A stretch of DNA of 64,000 bases from Oculina patagonica (GCF_052425735.1 NC_135767.1:5456001-5520000), one strand, 5' to 3'; counted from the first letter of the stretch, positions 1-15,000 are shown. Translations and numbers: made by a program. The notes: generated by a model not told the origin, from the letters alone.

Positions 1-3000
1 TAGAAAGTGGAGAGACAATAGATCCTTGGTTCAATCGGTGAAGCTGTTTCTTATTGATGAGGTCAGTTGGTCCATGAGCTGTAAAAGCTTGTTGCAGTCG
101 TTTTCATGCAAGATGCTTAATCTTGAGAGCAACGTTTCAGATTTTGGCATCAGCTTCTTAGAAAATTTAAAGCATTTTTGGGGCAACCTTTCTGCAATTT
201 AGTAGCACAATCCGAATAGGCCTAGCTCCAACTATTAGCACGCATTGTATCTTGACAAGCTCTAGCCACAAAATAACGAAAAAAAAGTATTTCTTTCTCA
301 CCTTAAGCCCGGATTAAAGTGAAGAGAAAGTTACCGAGAGTACAAAGTCTTTTGTTTGGCCTGAAACTCTCAAACGCTCTCGGCGACTCTGGTACGTTCT
401 CATACAATTTTTTCTGAAGAATGAGTCGAGGCCCACCCTTGCTGAGAGTTGAAGAAAACTCTCATGCAATTATTATCCTTCAACTTTCGGTGACTCTCGC
501 TCTAAAGTGGGCTGATCGAGCTTTAAACATCAAATTTTTGACCAGGCATCATTTTTAAATTTTAACTTTACGTTGGTAAAGTAAATGGGACAACTTTACT
601 GTTTCATATTTCCCTGTTTCCAGGTTCATCTCCTAAACGACGACGCAAGAGGAGCTACCGTTGAAGCTGTTATTAGTCGCATGAAAACCGTTCAGTCTAC
701 CATGACTCGGAATAGCACCTCAGGAAACAAGAACAGTCAAGACAGAGCGGGCATGCGGTTAATAGCCATCTCAGCTACTATACCAAATGTTGAAGATGTA
801 AGTTGTGGAATAACACTAAAAGACTGCACATACATTAGTAGACTGGGCTTCAATTAGCTTTACCTATCTGTCAGTGTGTCGCTCTTTGCTGCGATGGAGG
901 ACTGCGATGGACTGAGGACGTTAATGCTCGAAACGTTAGCTTTCCAGGCAACCGCTACGGCTTTCCAACCTTCCAACCGCTGCGGCGGTTTATTTACCTT
1001 TAACAACTTCTAGTTGATAATCAACTAAGTGTTTCGCTTGCTCGCTGACGCAGCACAACAGTTCTTTAGAAACTAATAACTTTGATACTCATCGTTTACA
1101 ATTTGCAATGCAACAATGTTGCGAGACAAGTTAAAAGAAACTGTTGCCTCATTACTGGGCCTTAACCAAGCAAATTCATCACTTAGTCCTAACTGGATAT
1201 ATACCAGGCATTCTGCATTCTACGTTCAGCCTGTAACCTTGGTGAGTAACAAATATAACTTGGATGACAGTGTTTCTTTTTCCGCCACCAAACATGCAGA
1301 TCGCGGCCTGGCTTGGAGGAATTGACTCTCCAGCATCACACTACAGGTATATGAAACTTGTATTTGAATCTGGTTTTAGTGAAAAGCCTTCTTTTTGATT
1401 AGTCAGGAAACAGACGTTGGAAGTGTGTATCGCCGTAATTGCGTTTAATTTTCGGGAAACGGGATAATTTTCGGGTGGGTGGGGGTTGGGGGTGGGAGTG
1501 GATATTTTTTTTTGGGGGGGGGGGGGTTCAAGAAGGAACCCGATTGTCTCCCCTCCTGAACTATATTTTGATTTTTTTCCTTTACAGTATGGACGATTCA
1601 CACAGACCAGTGAAGCTAAGAAAGGTTGTCCTTGGCTTTCCAAAGGGAAATAACTACTCTGACTTCCGATTTGACTTGTCTCTGAATTATAAACTGAGTG
1701 GAATTATTCAGACTTACTCGGATCGAAAGCCTACTCTCGTGGTAAGCACAATATGATAGCCAGTACGGTAAAAAGTAGCTAGTTGTTTATGCTTAGATAC
1801 AAACCTATTTGCTTCGTTTGCCAGTACTGGAATGGCAATGCCATTAGAATGGTTACTTTGAAAACTGCGCGCAAAATTCTGTAACAGGTGTGGTAATAAA
1901 TTACCGTATGCGACACTGAGGGGTTAAATTTAAAATGATATCATTGATTCAGAAACTCAGCTTTTTGTTGGATATTAACACCCAGAGGTCAACGAAACAT
2001 AAAAACAAAATGCGGTCGATCAAAACAAAAACAAAACAAAAACAAAACAAAAATACCGTGCATGCATTTTTATTTTGTGGCGACAGAAGTAATTTGAACC
2101 AGTTTTTTCGACGTTTTTTGCTTGTTTACAAGCAAAAGGAAGGAGAATAGCAGTTATGGGCTAAATGTTGAACCGGAAGGAATCGCATTCTTGTTAACTC
2201 TCAAGGGACTGTTTTAATTTCTCAAGGAATTTCTTTCCGCTGTGGGTGATGAAAGGGTCTCTCATTAGTATTGCGTCAACACTTGCGATCTCGTGAAAAA
2301 CGTGACTTGTCACATGTATAAACGTTATATAACAATTATTTGTTTATTTTGGAGGACGCCAGTTCAGTTCTCAGATCGTAATGTCTTTTGTCACTCATCA
2401 ACATTGCGTAATAGCTATATGATCCCATTGCATGTTTAGCACGTGATATAGATATAGTACAGCTATTTGTTTGTTGCGAACACTTAAACGGAATGGTCAT
2501 CGTACGCGTCTTACTACTGAGTTTCGTAGAGACATTGCGTGGTGGCTTCGGTTCATGCGGACTCACAATGGAGTTTCTATTATTTCCTCACTTGTCTGGA
2601 CTGCTCCTGACACCGTGTTCTCCACTGACGCGTGCTTATCGGGATGTGGTGCATTGTCGCAGTCTCAATATTTTCACGTACAGTTTCCTTCAGTGGTCCT
2701 TGCCCGATTTTTAGAGATTCATCTTTTAGAAGCGCTCGCCATCCTAGTTGCTCTGCGTTTGTGGGGCCATCTGTGGGCCGGTTGCCGCATTCAAGTATTC
2801 TGCGATAACGCTGCGGTGGTTCCTGCACTCACTTCAGGATCAGTCGCTAGCCGCTCTTTTGCAGCCTCCCATGACTTTGAACTACGCGCGGTTCATTTAT
2901 CGGGCGAAGAGAATCGCGCCGCAGATTTATTGTCTCGCTGGCATCTTGACAGTAGTTTTGGGGCACGTTTCCGTCAACTTCCCGTGTTCTCAAGTTTGAG

Positions 3001-6000
3001 CTTGGTCTCCGTACCGCACGATTTCTTTACCGTTTATGACTATTAATTTTTCTATTCTTTGTTAGATCGTGATCTTCGAGATCTGTGGCGAGATTTAAAG
3101 GTCACTCGCAAGGCCGCCTTCGCGGCAGGCTAGGAACACACAAGAACCATCTCACGCAGTGGCGGATTTATTTATTGTTTTGTTTATATTTTTCGTTCGA
3201 TTTTCTACCGGCTACGGTTGACACTATTTGTTTGTTTTGTCAATTTTTGAGTAGATCCTTAACACCAGCTTCGGTGCGTAATTATCTTAGTGGTGTCAAG
3301 TTTTAATATTTGTACTGGTACAAGTGTTTCACACACTAAAACGTTGCTAATAGTTAACCAAAAGGAACTCATTTCGTGACAATTGATTATTTCTGCTGAG
3401 TTGCACAATTTAGAATTTTAACATTCAATGCAGGTGTGAAGTGATATTTACAAGTTTTTTTGTAGCCTGTTGTGAAATTTCTTCCGGTGGAAGCACAGGC
3501 TTACCATCCAATGTTTGTGAGGTCACAGCATGCCCATATGAATATTCAAATTTCTTCACTAATTGCTATTGTAAATATTTAAGCTTTCTAAAATCTGCTT
3601 TTACGACTTTCATTTGTAATAAAATAAAGTAGAAACATTTTCGCATTGTTTAGGTTTGTTTTTATGCCGTTTTCTTTTCGATTTGTAGCGCGCGAGAGCA
3701 GTTCTGGGAGTTTAAGTTTTCGACTCGTGTACTGAATACAAATATTTACACAAGGCGTGCAACTTGGACATCGAAGAATCCGATACCGCCTCTGGAATGT
3801 AACCGAAAAATCAAATTTCCTCGACTCGCTTTCATCGGAGATCCCGGTCCTCGAAAGAACAGTCTTTGAACTATAGTCTGGCCTAATTTGAGTGCGATCG
3901 GTACGCCCCGTTGCTCTTTTAAACTAGCTGGAATATCAAATTAGGTCGTAAATTTGCCGATTTACAATGAACTGTACCACCTACTTGGACAATTTATGCA
4001 ATATTCGCTGAAATTGGTCAAAATTACTACCTATGCTCTCCCCAGAAAGCAGAACATGTTTCACTGCAAACGTCCTCTGGGGTACCCCAAAGAAATACTG
4101 CTCGGAAATCACGACGGCGAAGCCGAAGACAATGTGAACTGGGAAATTTATGTGTACTCGCTATAACGTGAATTTTTTTGAGTAAACTATCGAATTTGAG
4201 TGTAAATTTTTTTTTATATAATTAAAAAACAAGAAGTCGAGGTGCAAATTAAATTTCCAGTTCACGTTGTCTTCGGCTTCGCCGTCGTGATTTCCGAGCA
4301 GTATTTCTTTGGGGTACCCCAGAGGACGTTTGCAGTGAAACATGTTCTGCTTTCTGGGGAGAGCATAGGTAGTAATTTTGACCAATTTCAGCGAATATTG
4401 CATAAATTGTCCAAGTAGGTGGTACAGATCATTGTAAATCGGCAAATTTACGACCTAATTTGATATTCCAGCTAGTTAAAAGAGCAACGGGGCGTACCGA
4501 TCGCACTCAAATTAGGCCAGACTATAGTTCAAAGACTGTTCTTTCGAGGACCGGGATCTCCGATGAAAGCGAGTCGAGGAAATTTGATTTTTCGGCTACA
4601 TTCCAGAGGCGGTACCGGATTCTTCGATGTCCAAGTTGCACGCCTTGTGTAAATATTTGTATTCAGTACACGAGTCGAAAACTCAAACTCCCAGAACTGC
4701 TCTCGCGCGCTACAAATCGCCAGGAAAACGGCATTAAAACAAACCTAAACAATGCGAAAATGTTTCTACTTTATTTTATTACAAATGAAAGTCGTAGAGG
4801 CAGATTTTAGAAAGCTTAAATATTTACAATAGCAATTAGTGAAGAAATTTGAATATTTATATGGGCATGCTGTGACCTCACAAACATTGGATGGTAAGCC
4901 TGTGACGAGACAAAAGGTAACTCTGTCGTGCGTAACCTTTATCGGGAACCCTGCATTAAGCCCAGTAGAAATCTTTCTAACTCGAAAGGAAACAACTATT
5001 TCGATTAAAGGCAAGCGTCAAAGTTTACCATTTTTTAACCAAGCCAAAGTATATGAGTCGCAAAGCGCCCAGCCGTCGCGACTGACAAATACAGCATTTC
5101 CTCCGCGAAAATAAAAAAAAATGCTTGAACTGACAGACGTTTGAATTCTTCTTTGATATGTTCGAACAACAATGCCCAGGATAAACCTTCTACTCATACT
5201 AACTTTATGCAAAAAAAGTCGATATCTCGAAGAGATCTTTGATCATTAACTATTAGGCTTATTCAGATGCAAAATAGTGCAGAATGGTGTTACTCAGTCT
5301 CACTTTAAAAATATGTTTATTTGATGGCTTTCTTCGAATCTTTTTTTCCCCTTGGCGTCTTGCACTTTCTTGCGTTAAGTCAGTTTTATATCCACTCTTT
5401 TTTCGTTAATCTGTCAGTATTCCAGTCTTCTCACGCAGGGTCTTTTTCAACAGTTTTGTTCAACACGGAAGAGTGCTCAGCAAGCAGCACAGATGCTTGT
5501 CAAAGACGCACGATTTATCATGAACTCACAGCACAGGCAAAGGTAAACAAAGGTAGCTAGCACTCTGGCCTTGGTTTGTTCAAAGGTTCAAAGGGTGGAT
5601 AACGCTATTCATTGGATATGTATTAACAACAAAAACTAAGCGGCTATCCACTGGTCTGGATAGCGATTAAGCCGGTGGATAACGTTATCCATTCGTTTAT
5701 CGAACACAATGTGGTTCCTCTATTTGGACCTCGTCCACATGAATGGACATGCATTACTGTTTTCATGTTGAAACCAGTGTTGTTCTACTACTAAAGCTTT
5801 TGGTTAAAAGTTCTTAAATTAACGTGTGTATGATTTCTCTTTTCAAGGCTTCAAAGGATTGCTAACTCTCTTCACGATTCCAAACTAAGAGGTGAGACTC
5901 GAGAATAAAAACAGAGCGAGGGAAAATATATTTACCCGAATAATAACAAAGAAGTTCTTTCCTTACGTTGTAAATGTGCTTCGTTGAGTGATCAAGTAAT

Positions 6001-9000
6001 CATAAGTGATAGATACAATGACTACAATTTGAGTGGCCGATCTTTATGTGTATTTACAATGGGGAGCCGAAGGCAAGCGAGACGTGGAGGTCCAAAGGAG
6101 ACGTGTGGTCCCAAAACGTGCCTTCTAGCAAGCGAAACAAAAGTTAAAAACTATAGGAAAACGCATGAGCATTCTGTCTTTCAAAAAATTAGTTTTCTCG
6201 TAGTTGTAACTTCCGCCCTGCTGCTTATAGTCCTAAGGAAGGTTAAGGGACGAAATCTTTAGCTAACTATCATGATCATGGTTTAGTTCTTGTTTTTAAA
6301 ACAGTCGTGTCTGACTTTATTTGTAGAGCTGGTGATATGTGGGATTGGCTATCACCATGCAGGACTGGACCCTACCGATCGAAGAAATATTGAGACAATG
6401 TTCATCAAAGGTGACCTGCCTGTAATATGTAAGTACACAACGCCTTATCGTGTTGCTGAAATTCCCCTTTGTCATAAACACGAACTCTAAAACGCGGCAA
6501 AGAATTTTTTTTTTGTTTAACTCATCTTGGCTTTTCTTCTGATTTCAGTTGCCACCAGTACTCTGGCTGTAGGGGTAAGTCTTCTGGATCTTGTATTGAA
6601 TTTAAGTTATAAAATAGCGATTATCATTACTGGTGTCCAAAGAATTTCTTATACTCACGTTCAATCTGAAAATCCAATAGTTGTCCGATTCGGCTTAGCA
6701 ACAGCTTTACCTTAAAGTAAGAACGAAAGTTACTTTAGTCTGTTCTAACGAAAGATCTCTTGCCAGGTAAATCTTCCCGCTCACCTTGTAATCATTAAGT
6801 CAACTGCACATTACGTAATGGGCGTGTTTCAAGAGTACTCTGAAACACAAATACTACAGATGATTGGAAGGGCTGGAAGACCACAGGTAATTTTGCGACA
6901 GTGTACTATTAACAAGTTATTTATTAAAGGGACACTGTCAACAGTTTCACTTCAAAAACTCAAGAACCTAACTGAACACATATGGAAACTGCGAATAGTG
7001 GTCCAATTTTGTTAAAAATCACCATGCAAGTGTACTGAAGCGATAAACAAGTAATATTGTGATGCCATCAGGAACTTTAGATCTCAACTTGGAAAAGTCA
7101 GGCTGATTTTTTCACGTTTTGTCCTTGTGGACTGGAAAAAACAATTAAAAACTATTATGGCTCCCTTTCTACCTTTATCAACAATTTACTTTATATCTCC
7201 ATCTTGATGTACAAGGTGCATTTCATGTACGAGAAGACCTATTCACCAATTTTAGTACTTTTTACCGAAAAGCATTAAATCCCCGTGACAGTGTCCCTTG
7301 TAATTTTAAACTGATTTTCCACGTGGTGCTCGGTGTATTTTAAAATTTCTCACCTGATTCCTCGTGAATACATTTTACTTAATCTGAAAACCACTATCAG
7401 CAGCTAGTGTTTTTTATTTAACCTTCTTTTTATCGTTTAATTTGATGTCTCTTGATGTGATTTGTTTTTCAGTTTGATACCTCTGCCACTGCAGTCATCT
7501 TAACAACGAGTGCTAATAAGGTTCGTTGAACTCTTATCCATTATATTACAGTCTCTTGTCTCCTTACTGAGTAAACCAATGGTTCTTTCTTCTGTTATTG
7601 TTTTTGCATTTCATTATTTCTCAGTGTTCCATAGCGTAAAGATAGTTATGTGTTTTACAATCACCGAGTAAAAAGTTAAGGTCGCTCGCTATCAAGTTAT
7701 GATATATTGAATTACTGTAGTACTTATCAGTAACATTCCTTTTTTCGGGAGTTCTATAAACTTTTCAAACTAAGCTTACTGCCCTTTTCTTTAATCCTGA
7801 CATGAAAAGTAGATCGCACACTGGCTTAGGTAGCATGATGGGGCAAGGAGTTTTCTCTCCTAACCCTTACTTCAATAGCAGGCCATACTGTAACCAGTGT
7901 AACCGCCTGTAACAACTGATTTTTTATTATTTTAGCAAACTTCAATCCCTACCAATTAACCATGCCAGTTACTTTTATTTTAAATTATTTTGCAGGACAA
8001 GTATACCGGCCTACTTCAAGGAACTCAAAAATTAGAGAGCAGGTTTGCTATTGAAAAATTGCGTGTTGTTTTAGTTCAGTCGACATATGCCACATGACTG
8101 GGGGATCGCCGGTGAACAGGAAAAAGGTGGCTCTGCAGATAGAGAGTCGCAACCATAAACTACGTCGACTAGCCGTTGACTCAGTAACTAGCAATCTTTT
8201 GATGCGAATAAGTTAAGTGACTCTAGCTTTTGGTGGTGAAAATGCACCTTTGTGTTTTCTCTCTAAAACCTTGATTTTTACTAAAGGTGTCTTTGGGTCT
8301 AAGATTATGCGACGGACGCTGGCCGTAAGCTCTCACCTCGGGAAGAGTAGTTGAAGTCCGGGTAAAAACTAAAGAACTGGTGGGGGGGTGGGGGTGGGGC
8401 TAAAGAAACGTCACTGAAAACAACACCTGCTAAAACGGACACCAACACCAAAACGCGGTCCCATGGGTGTTAGTAGACCCTCTGACGGAGTATTAGTAGT
8501 GACAGGAACAGGTGGAAAATAAATGAAAGTGGGTTTTAGTGGTATGAAATGTACTGTCATTATTTCACCAGCTTGCACCATCACCTAATCGAACATTTGA
8601 ATGCAGAGATCGTTCTAAACACCATCACGGACGTGTCTATTGCCTTGGAATGGTTGAAGTCGACATTTTTGTATATAAGGATATTGAAAAACCCTACGCA
8701 TTATGGTGAGTGTACACCGAGTTTGAAGTATTAAATGCTGCAGTGACAATACGAAAGTCCAGCGAGATCATAACTACGAATCGTTTTACAAGAGAAATCC
8801 CCCTAAGGTAGGGCGGGGTCTTCGCTCAACTTGAAAAGATAACAGTGAGTGAAAGTGAGACCAAACCATAAGCTCCGTCATTGATGTTGAAACAGTTTAT
8901 AGTTGATTCTTTACCCCCTTTGAAACAGTATTCACAACAAATCGCAGTCAATGGCACACCGAGACAACTAAATGATGAATAGAGGAGTGGGGAACATGGT

Positions 9001-12000
9001 AGAGTGTTTCAACAAAATAACAGTTTGAACCCTTTGATTCCTTTAGGCAATTTTTTTAAATATTTGCCTTAGAATAAATGTTTTGTCTCCCTGAAACAAA
9101 TATCTGTTTTAAAGGCATTCGTGTCTGTTATAATCCCGTCTTATTATAGGGATACCTGAGGGACTTGAGAAAGAAAGTTTGGAACAAAAGTTACAAGGTG
9201 AATTAACGTAATTACACAATCAGATGATCTTGATGTTCCTTTAGGAAAATCTATTTTAGATCAAAAGTGTCAATAATACAGCAGGACTCGTTTCAACCGA
9301 GTACAGCTGGGAAATTGTGATATTGGCTAGTATACACTTCAAACAATGAATCTCTCTCATCGGGAGCTGGGTTAAAACAGCTGTGATAATAATTCATAAA
9401 ATGACGTTCAGACGCCCAAACAGATTTTGAGACTTAGAAACGCTGGGAATGGCTCTTTAATTAGTCAGCACTAAGGACGATGCTTACAAGTCATCCTAGT
9501 GTTCATTGTGGCGCCTTCGGCCATTCATTAATTAAAATATTGGAATACATTCAAAGTCGGTTTTTGTCCCAGATCTGCGCTTATGGTCCCATTAAAACAC
9601 TAGTCCACTAATTTCTTTTCCTGATTTGACATAAAGATTCCCCAGCTGAAAAGAGTGTAATTTGTTTTGCACAGATATTTGTTTGAAGAGCCTAAACACA
9701 CTGGAAAAGGCAGGGCTCATTAAAATGGATGACGGATTTGATCTCAAGCCCACGGGTACGTAAAAACTGAAATAGTACAGGTGTGGGTAAATGGACTCTA
9801 TATCATGGGTGTGGGGTAAAATTTAGCCCAATCATTGATTAACTACGTAGGTAAAGTGGTTTAGCTGTGGCTAAATTAATGACTTGATTTCAAACTATCA
9901 TGTTTCATAGCGCATCAACGTCACAGTATTGGCAGTAAATAGTAGTTCAGATGCCTTATAGTGACCCTTTTCTACATGTTAAAACTAGTAAAGAAAAGAA
10001 ATGAATATTTTTTCCTTTGCATTTATTTCAGAGGCAGGCCGTCTAATGGCGAGATACTGCATTGCTTACGACTCCATGAAACAATTCCTTCAAATCAAAG
10101 GAACTGAAAGTCTCAGTGACATGGTAAACAACTCTGCTTTGCTGAAGTTTTGTAACTTATGAATCGACACTCGAGTTTTTGATGTACTTGAATTATGAAT
10201 TTCAGGTTGACTTGGTATCAAAATGCAAGGAATTTTCCGACGTAAAGCTTCGGGTGAATGAGAAACGAGCACTGAATCTTCTTAACAAGGACAAAAATAA
10301 GGAAACTATAAGGTATAACTCTCTTGTAGATAAGAGTTCGAGAGCAAGTAACGTTTTTAGGTCGGAATCCCGTGACTGAGCCTACAACTTATTATTATTA
10401 ATGCAGCTCAATTTGAACTGATTTAGGATTAACTGTCACCTTAAAATAACCAAGTGTTCACTTACGGTTGGTGTCCACCTAAAGGAGGAGTATGTTAGCG
10501 GAAGTTCGACTATAACATACAAGACAAGCGAAACATGTCTTATGGCGACAGGTTCACGTGACACCTACCAAAGTAATCGCGCTATTTCTGATTGGTTAAT
10601 AAGGATCATAAATTCCCCGCTCTTCGTCAAGCATATGCCAACTGATCGCCACTTGTTCCCCATGCAGTTTGCTCCTCGAGAAGCCGGAGTCCTGTCCTGA
10701 GCGCGCTAGGTATCTAATTTTGACGACAAGGTTCTGCGCGAGTGTCGTATTTGCTAGTTATATGATTTCATATTTCAATTTTTGTATGCGCTGCATTTTT
10801 TGTTGTTAACTCACAAGAACGAATTTATTAATTCGCAATTGCTTGACAAAAATCACTTGCATTGTAGCCTATAATGGGTTCTGTTTCATACATTAATTCA
10901 CGGACAGGTATCCAATCAATGGAAGGATCAAGACCACGGAGCAAAAAGTTAATTGGTGAGAATTTAGTAACAGCGTTTCTATATATTTTCGACTTTTAGT
11001 TGTCTATCAGTAAATTCAACACTGATTATTATCAGACTTATCATTTTCTTCGTACTGTATAGCCTCATTCAAGCTACCCTTGGTTCTCTCACTATAGCGG
11101 AATTTTCCCTAAGCCAAGATGTTACGGTAAGTTCCGTACATTAGTTAATCTTTAAGACTCACGAGTAATAAACTGCTAAATTATCCATACAAAATCAAAG
11201 CATTATACCCTGTCAAGTAGATAAGTGACAAGAAAAGAGAAAATCATCAACTAAGGGACACTGTCTTGAAGCACCACCAAATTTTCAGAAATAAAGCATT
11301 ACATGTAAAAATGTATCGCATGCAACTGAAAGGATTAACCTATGCTCTTTTTCCAAACAAGCTACAAAAATTGTCAATTCTGTTTTTTTTTATTGTATAT
11401 TTACTGTATTTTTTACCACCAGATGTTCAGAAATGAAGCCTTAAAAACTGTAAATGCATGCAGCTTAAAAACTGTAAATGCATGCAGCTAGGTTAACCTA
11501 TTCCTTCCTTTAAAACAAGTTTAAAAAATTGTCAAATAGTTTTATACTGTATATTTATTTTACTTTTTATGGCAGAAAATCTTCCGTGTAGGACAAAGAA
11601 TTACGCGCTGTAAGTAACGAACAATTTATGTCTTTCAGAATTATTGATGAAATTTTTCAACTGTTACAGTCAGTGATATGGCTAAGAACAGGGTTTTGTT
11701 TGAGGCCGGAAGTTTCGTCCGGTTGTTTCCATGTCATGTCGGTTACTTTGAAAAAAGTGGCCCCTGCCATCGCTTTATATGTTTATTAAACTGAATATTT
11801 GATCGGTCAGAATTCGGGGGAATTCAAGACAGGCCCGTAGGGAGGGGGGGGTGCGATGGGTGCGTCCGCACCCCCCCCCCCGCACGAGGAAGTCCGCTCA
11901 TTGTCAATAAAAAATGAAAATAAATAAATAAATAAATAAATGGAAATGATATTTCTGTACTTCGACTATTTACATTCAATTTGGTCCTTTGGATCGACGG

Positions 12001-15000
12001 TCCACCATTTGTACATTCGTGTGGCATATTGGACCAAATTGTGTAACTTCGCCCGTTCAACCAAAGTGGTGGCGCCGCTATGTCGATGATTCGAATGCGT
12101 GCATTAAGAGGGACGGTGTTGAAGCTTTTCACAGCCACTTAAACTCGATAAACGCCAACATTCAGTTTACAGTGGAGATGCCTACAACAACTATGGGCAA
12201 GAACAGCATAGCCTTCCTGGACACCAACAACACCGTTAATGAGGATGGTAGGATCGAGGTGGGTGTATACCGCAAGACCACACATACGAGCAAGTATTTA
12301 GACTTCCATTCACACAGCCCAGCGCAAAGCAAGAGAGCTGTCGTTAAGACTCTAATGAACCGAGCTAAGTGCATTCCATCAACAACCGCGCAAAGACAAA
12401 ACGAGAAACAACGCGTTATTAATGACTTAAAAGCTAACGGTTATCCCGAGAGCTTCATCAAGTCAGCTGGCGAATCAAACAAAACAAACACGCAACCAAG
12501 AACCCAGGAAAATCCGAAGGCATACACGTCCATCCCGTATGTGAAAGGAGTGTCGGAGCGCGTTCGACGGATTTTGAGCCGCGAAAACATCAAGACAGCG
12601 TTTAAACCAGTACGAACGTTAGGAAATATCTTCAAAAAGCCCAAGGACCGACCGAATAAAGAGCGGTTGAAAGGAATTGTATACAAAGTGACTTGCAGGA
12701 CATGCTCATTTGCATACGTTGGGGAAAGCAAAAGAAGCTGGAAATCGCGAGGAGCCGCGATTAAGCATCATGCAGAAATCGGCCACGACATACATCCAAG
12801 TTACGCCGAAATTCTTGAAACAGGTGTAAGCAGCAAGAACAAAAGACTGTTTCTGGAGTCTTTACATTCTTTCCTCGACAAAAACACTATAAACGAAAGA
12901 GCGCCCTTCCCAAGGGTTTACGCATCGCTAGTTGCTCCCCAGGGGGGCAACGAACAATAACGTCAATGCAACTTATTAGAATTCTGCGAACCTTGCAAAA
13001 TCCATCATTCTCTGAAGAAGACCGCAGAAGGCGATCGAAAATTTAGAGTATCCTTTTTGTATTTTTTAGATCTGTTTAAACCATTTATATATTTTAAGCT
13101 ATGACCACAGATCGCTCCAGCAGTTTTTTTTTTATTCTAGGTTAATTTCAACTATCTTTTTCCTGTCTTCCTTCTATGTACTGCCGTCATTGTTAGCTAA
13201 ATAAATTGTAAATTACGTTTTCAAGGTTCTGTTTCCAAAAATATGATTTGAATTTAAAAATATACCAGAATTATTGTCGTTGTTACCTTCACTTTTACCT
13301 GCCTTTTTCCTAACAAACTGTCTTCAAAACGCACGAAATGCTGTCTCAGAAAACCTATTTTTTTCAAAATTTCTGGGGGGGGGATACCCCCAGACCCCCC
13401 TACGCTTTCGCGCCCGCGGCGCTCAAGATTTCGCACCGGAGGCACTCATACGCACCGACCCATCCAAAATCCTGGTTACGGGCCTGCAAGAGAACTCCAA
13501 ACTTGACTGGGAAACTTTCTCCGGTTTCCGGAACGCTGGAAACAGCATTTCTAAGAGTTTCATTTCAAACTTCGCTAGTAGTAGAATTCTACCAAATCAT
13601 TATTGCTCAAATGACTAATAAAGACTATTACCTAAACAATTTTTCCCCAGGTTTGACCGAGCTTCAAATGCTAAACAATGACTTCATGTCTCTTCAGAAC
13701 TCAGTCGTCCTTGCAAAGTGTATAAGAGCCAGGTGATTATAAATCGATCAATGTAGTTTACCAATTTTTAATAGATGACAATTTTGTGTAATTTACACTT
13801 TTCGTATTTGCCGGCAGATTGTGGGAGAATTCCAAGTTTGTTTCAAGGCAACTGGAGAAAGTTGGTATGATTTGACCTCTTTGTTGTAGGCACGGTTATG
13901 CTGAATTTTTACTAGTGGTAACAACGTTCATATGTGCATAAATGTAAAATTAAAAACTTTTCATGCCGGCTAAGAAAGAAAAGGGTCCCACAAAATGTAA
14001 TCATTTTAAACCGCCTCGAGAATCACAATTAAGGGTCTGATTTCCATAAAACCTTAACATTAATCGTTATAATATATTTCAGTCATTTCACTGTTTAAAA
14101 GGGGCTGGGTCATGTGATGGGATTGCCTTGCTCAATGTGAAAGAGCTTTTTCTTTTTGACTTATTCGTAATTTCAGTTTTTCTTGTTACTGTCTTGTTGT
14201 CTTTTTTCCTGTTTAGGACCTTCTTTATCGACTATGATGGTCAACGCTGGCTTGACAACCTTCAAGAAAATCGAAGAGACAAATCCTCGAGAAATAGAAA
14301 TGGTAAGATTATACTATAATTCAACTGTTTTCCTTCAACGTCAATTCTGTTTACAATGTTGTCTAAAGACGTTTCATACCTTTTACCTTTCAGATCGTGA
14401 ATCGCCATCCACCTTTCGGAAGCCAGGTATACCTGTTTCCTTCCTCCCTTTAACAAGAAATTAAGGAGTTATTAGGTCTGATTAATATAAATTGGGACTC
14501 TCGCGATTCTGCGAGAGTCAAATTTTAATGAGCGGGAGCGGGAGCTGACCTGCTACCTTACGAATGTTTGTATTCGAACTGACAAAAACATTATCAAGGA
14601 ACGTGGTGTTTAATGGTGATCTTGACTGTCTCGCCTACAGCCAAAACTCATAACTTTAAAGGACGATGACCATAAACGAGATGTAGGCCAGTGGCGTATC
14701 CAGACCTTCAGATAAGGGGGAGGGGGCGATCATCCAGACCCTAGAATAAGAAGGGGGGGGGGGGGTGATGCTCTCGAAAATAATTTCTCTCGGCCCTTCG
14801 GGCCTTAGTTTGTTCTACAAATAAGGTGGGCGCGGGCCCCTCCCTTAGATCCGCCACTGAAGTCTACAGTATTTCGACAACTCAGTTTGAGTTGCATAGG
14901 ATATGAAAATAGAGTAAATTCAAATAATATACTTTTAAGGTCTTGAAGAACCTAGAGCTTATTTTAAGTTCTAGAATTAGAGGGTCTTTAATTCAAAGGC

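Larger units (their letters stand above)
11830..13486. mobile_element. hAT-like MITE with 5-bp TSD (caaga), interrupted by a Penelope-like insertion
   Basis: TIRs caggcccgta / tacgggcctg; flanks caaga|...|caaga. Confidence 0.75.

Noticed and set aside
3441-5114. Paired ORFs on opposite strands as duplicated genes
   Set aside because: They are by-products of the inverted repeat; no recognisable domains.
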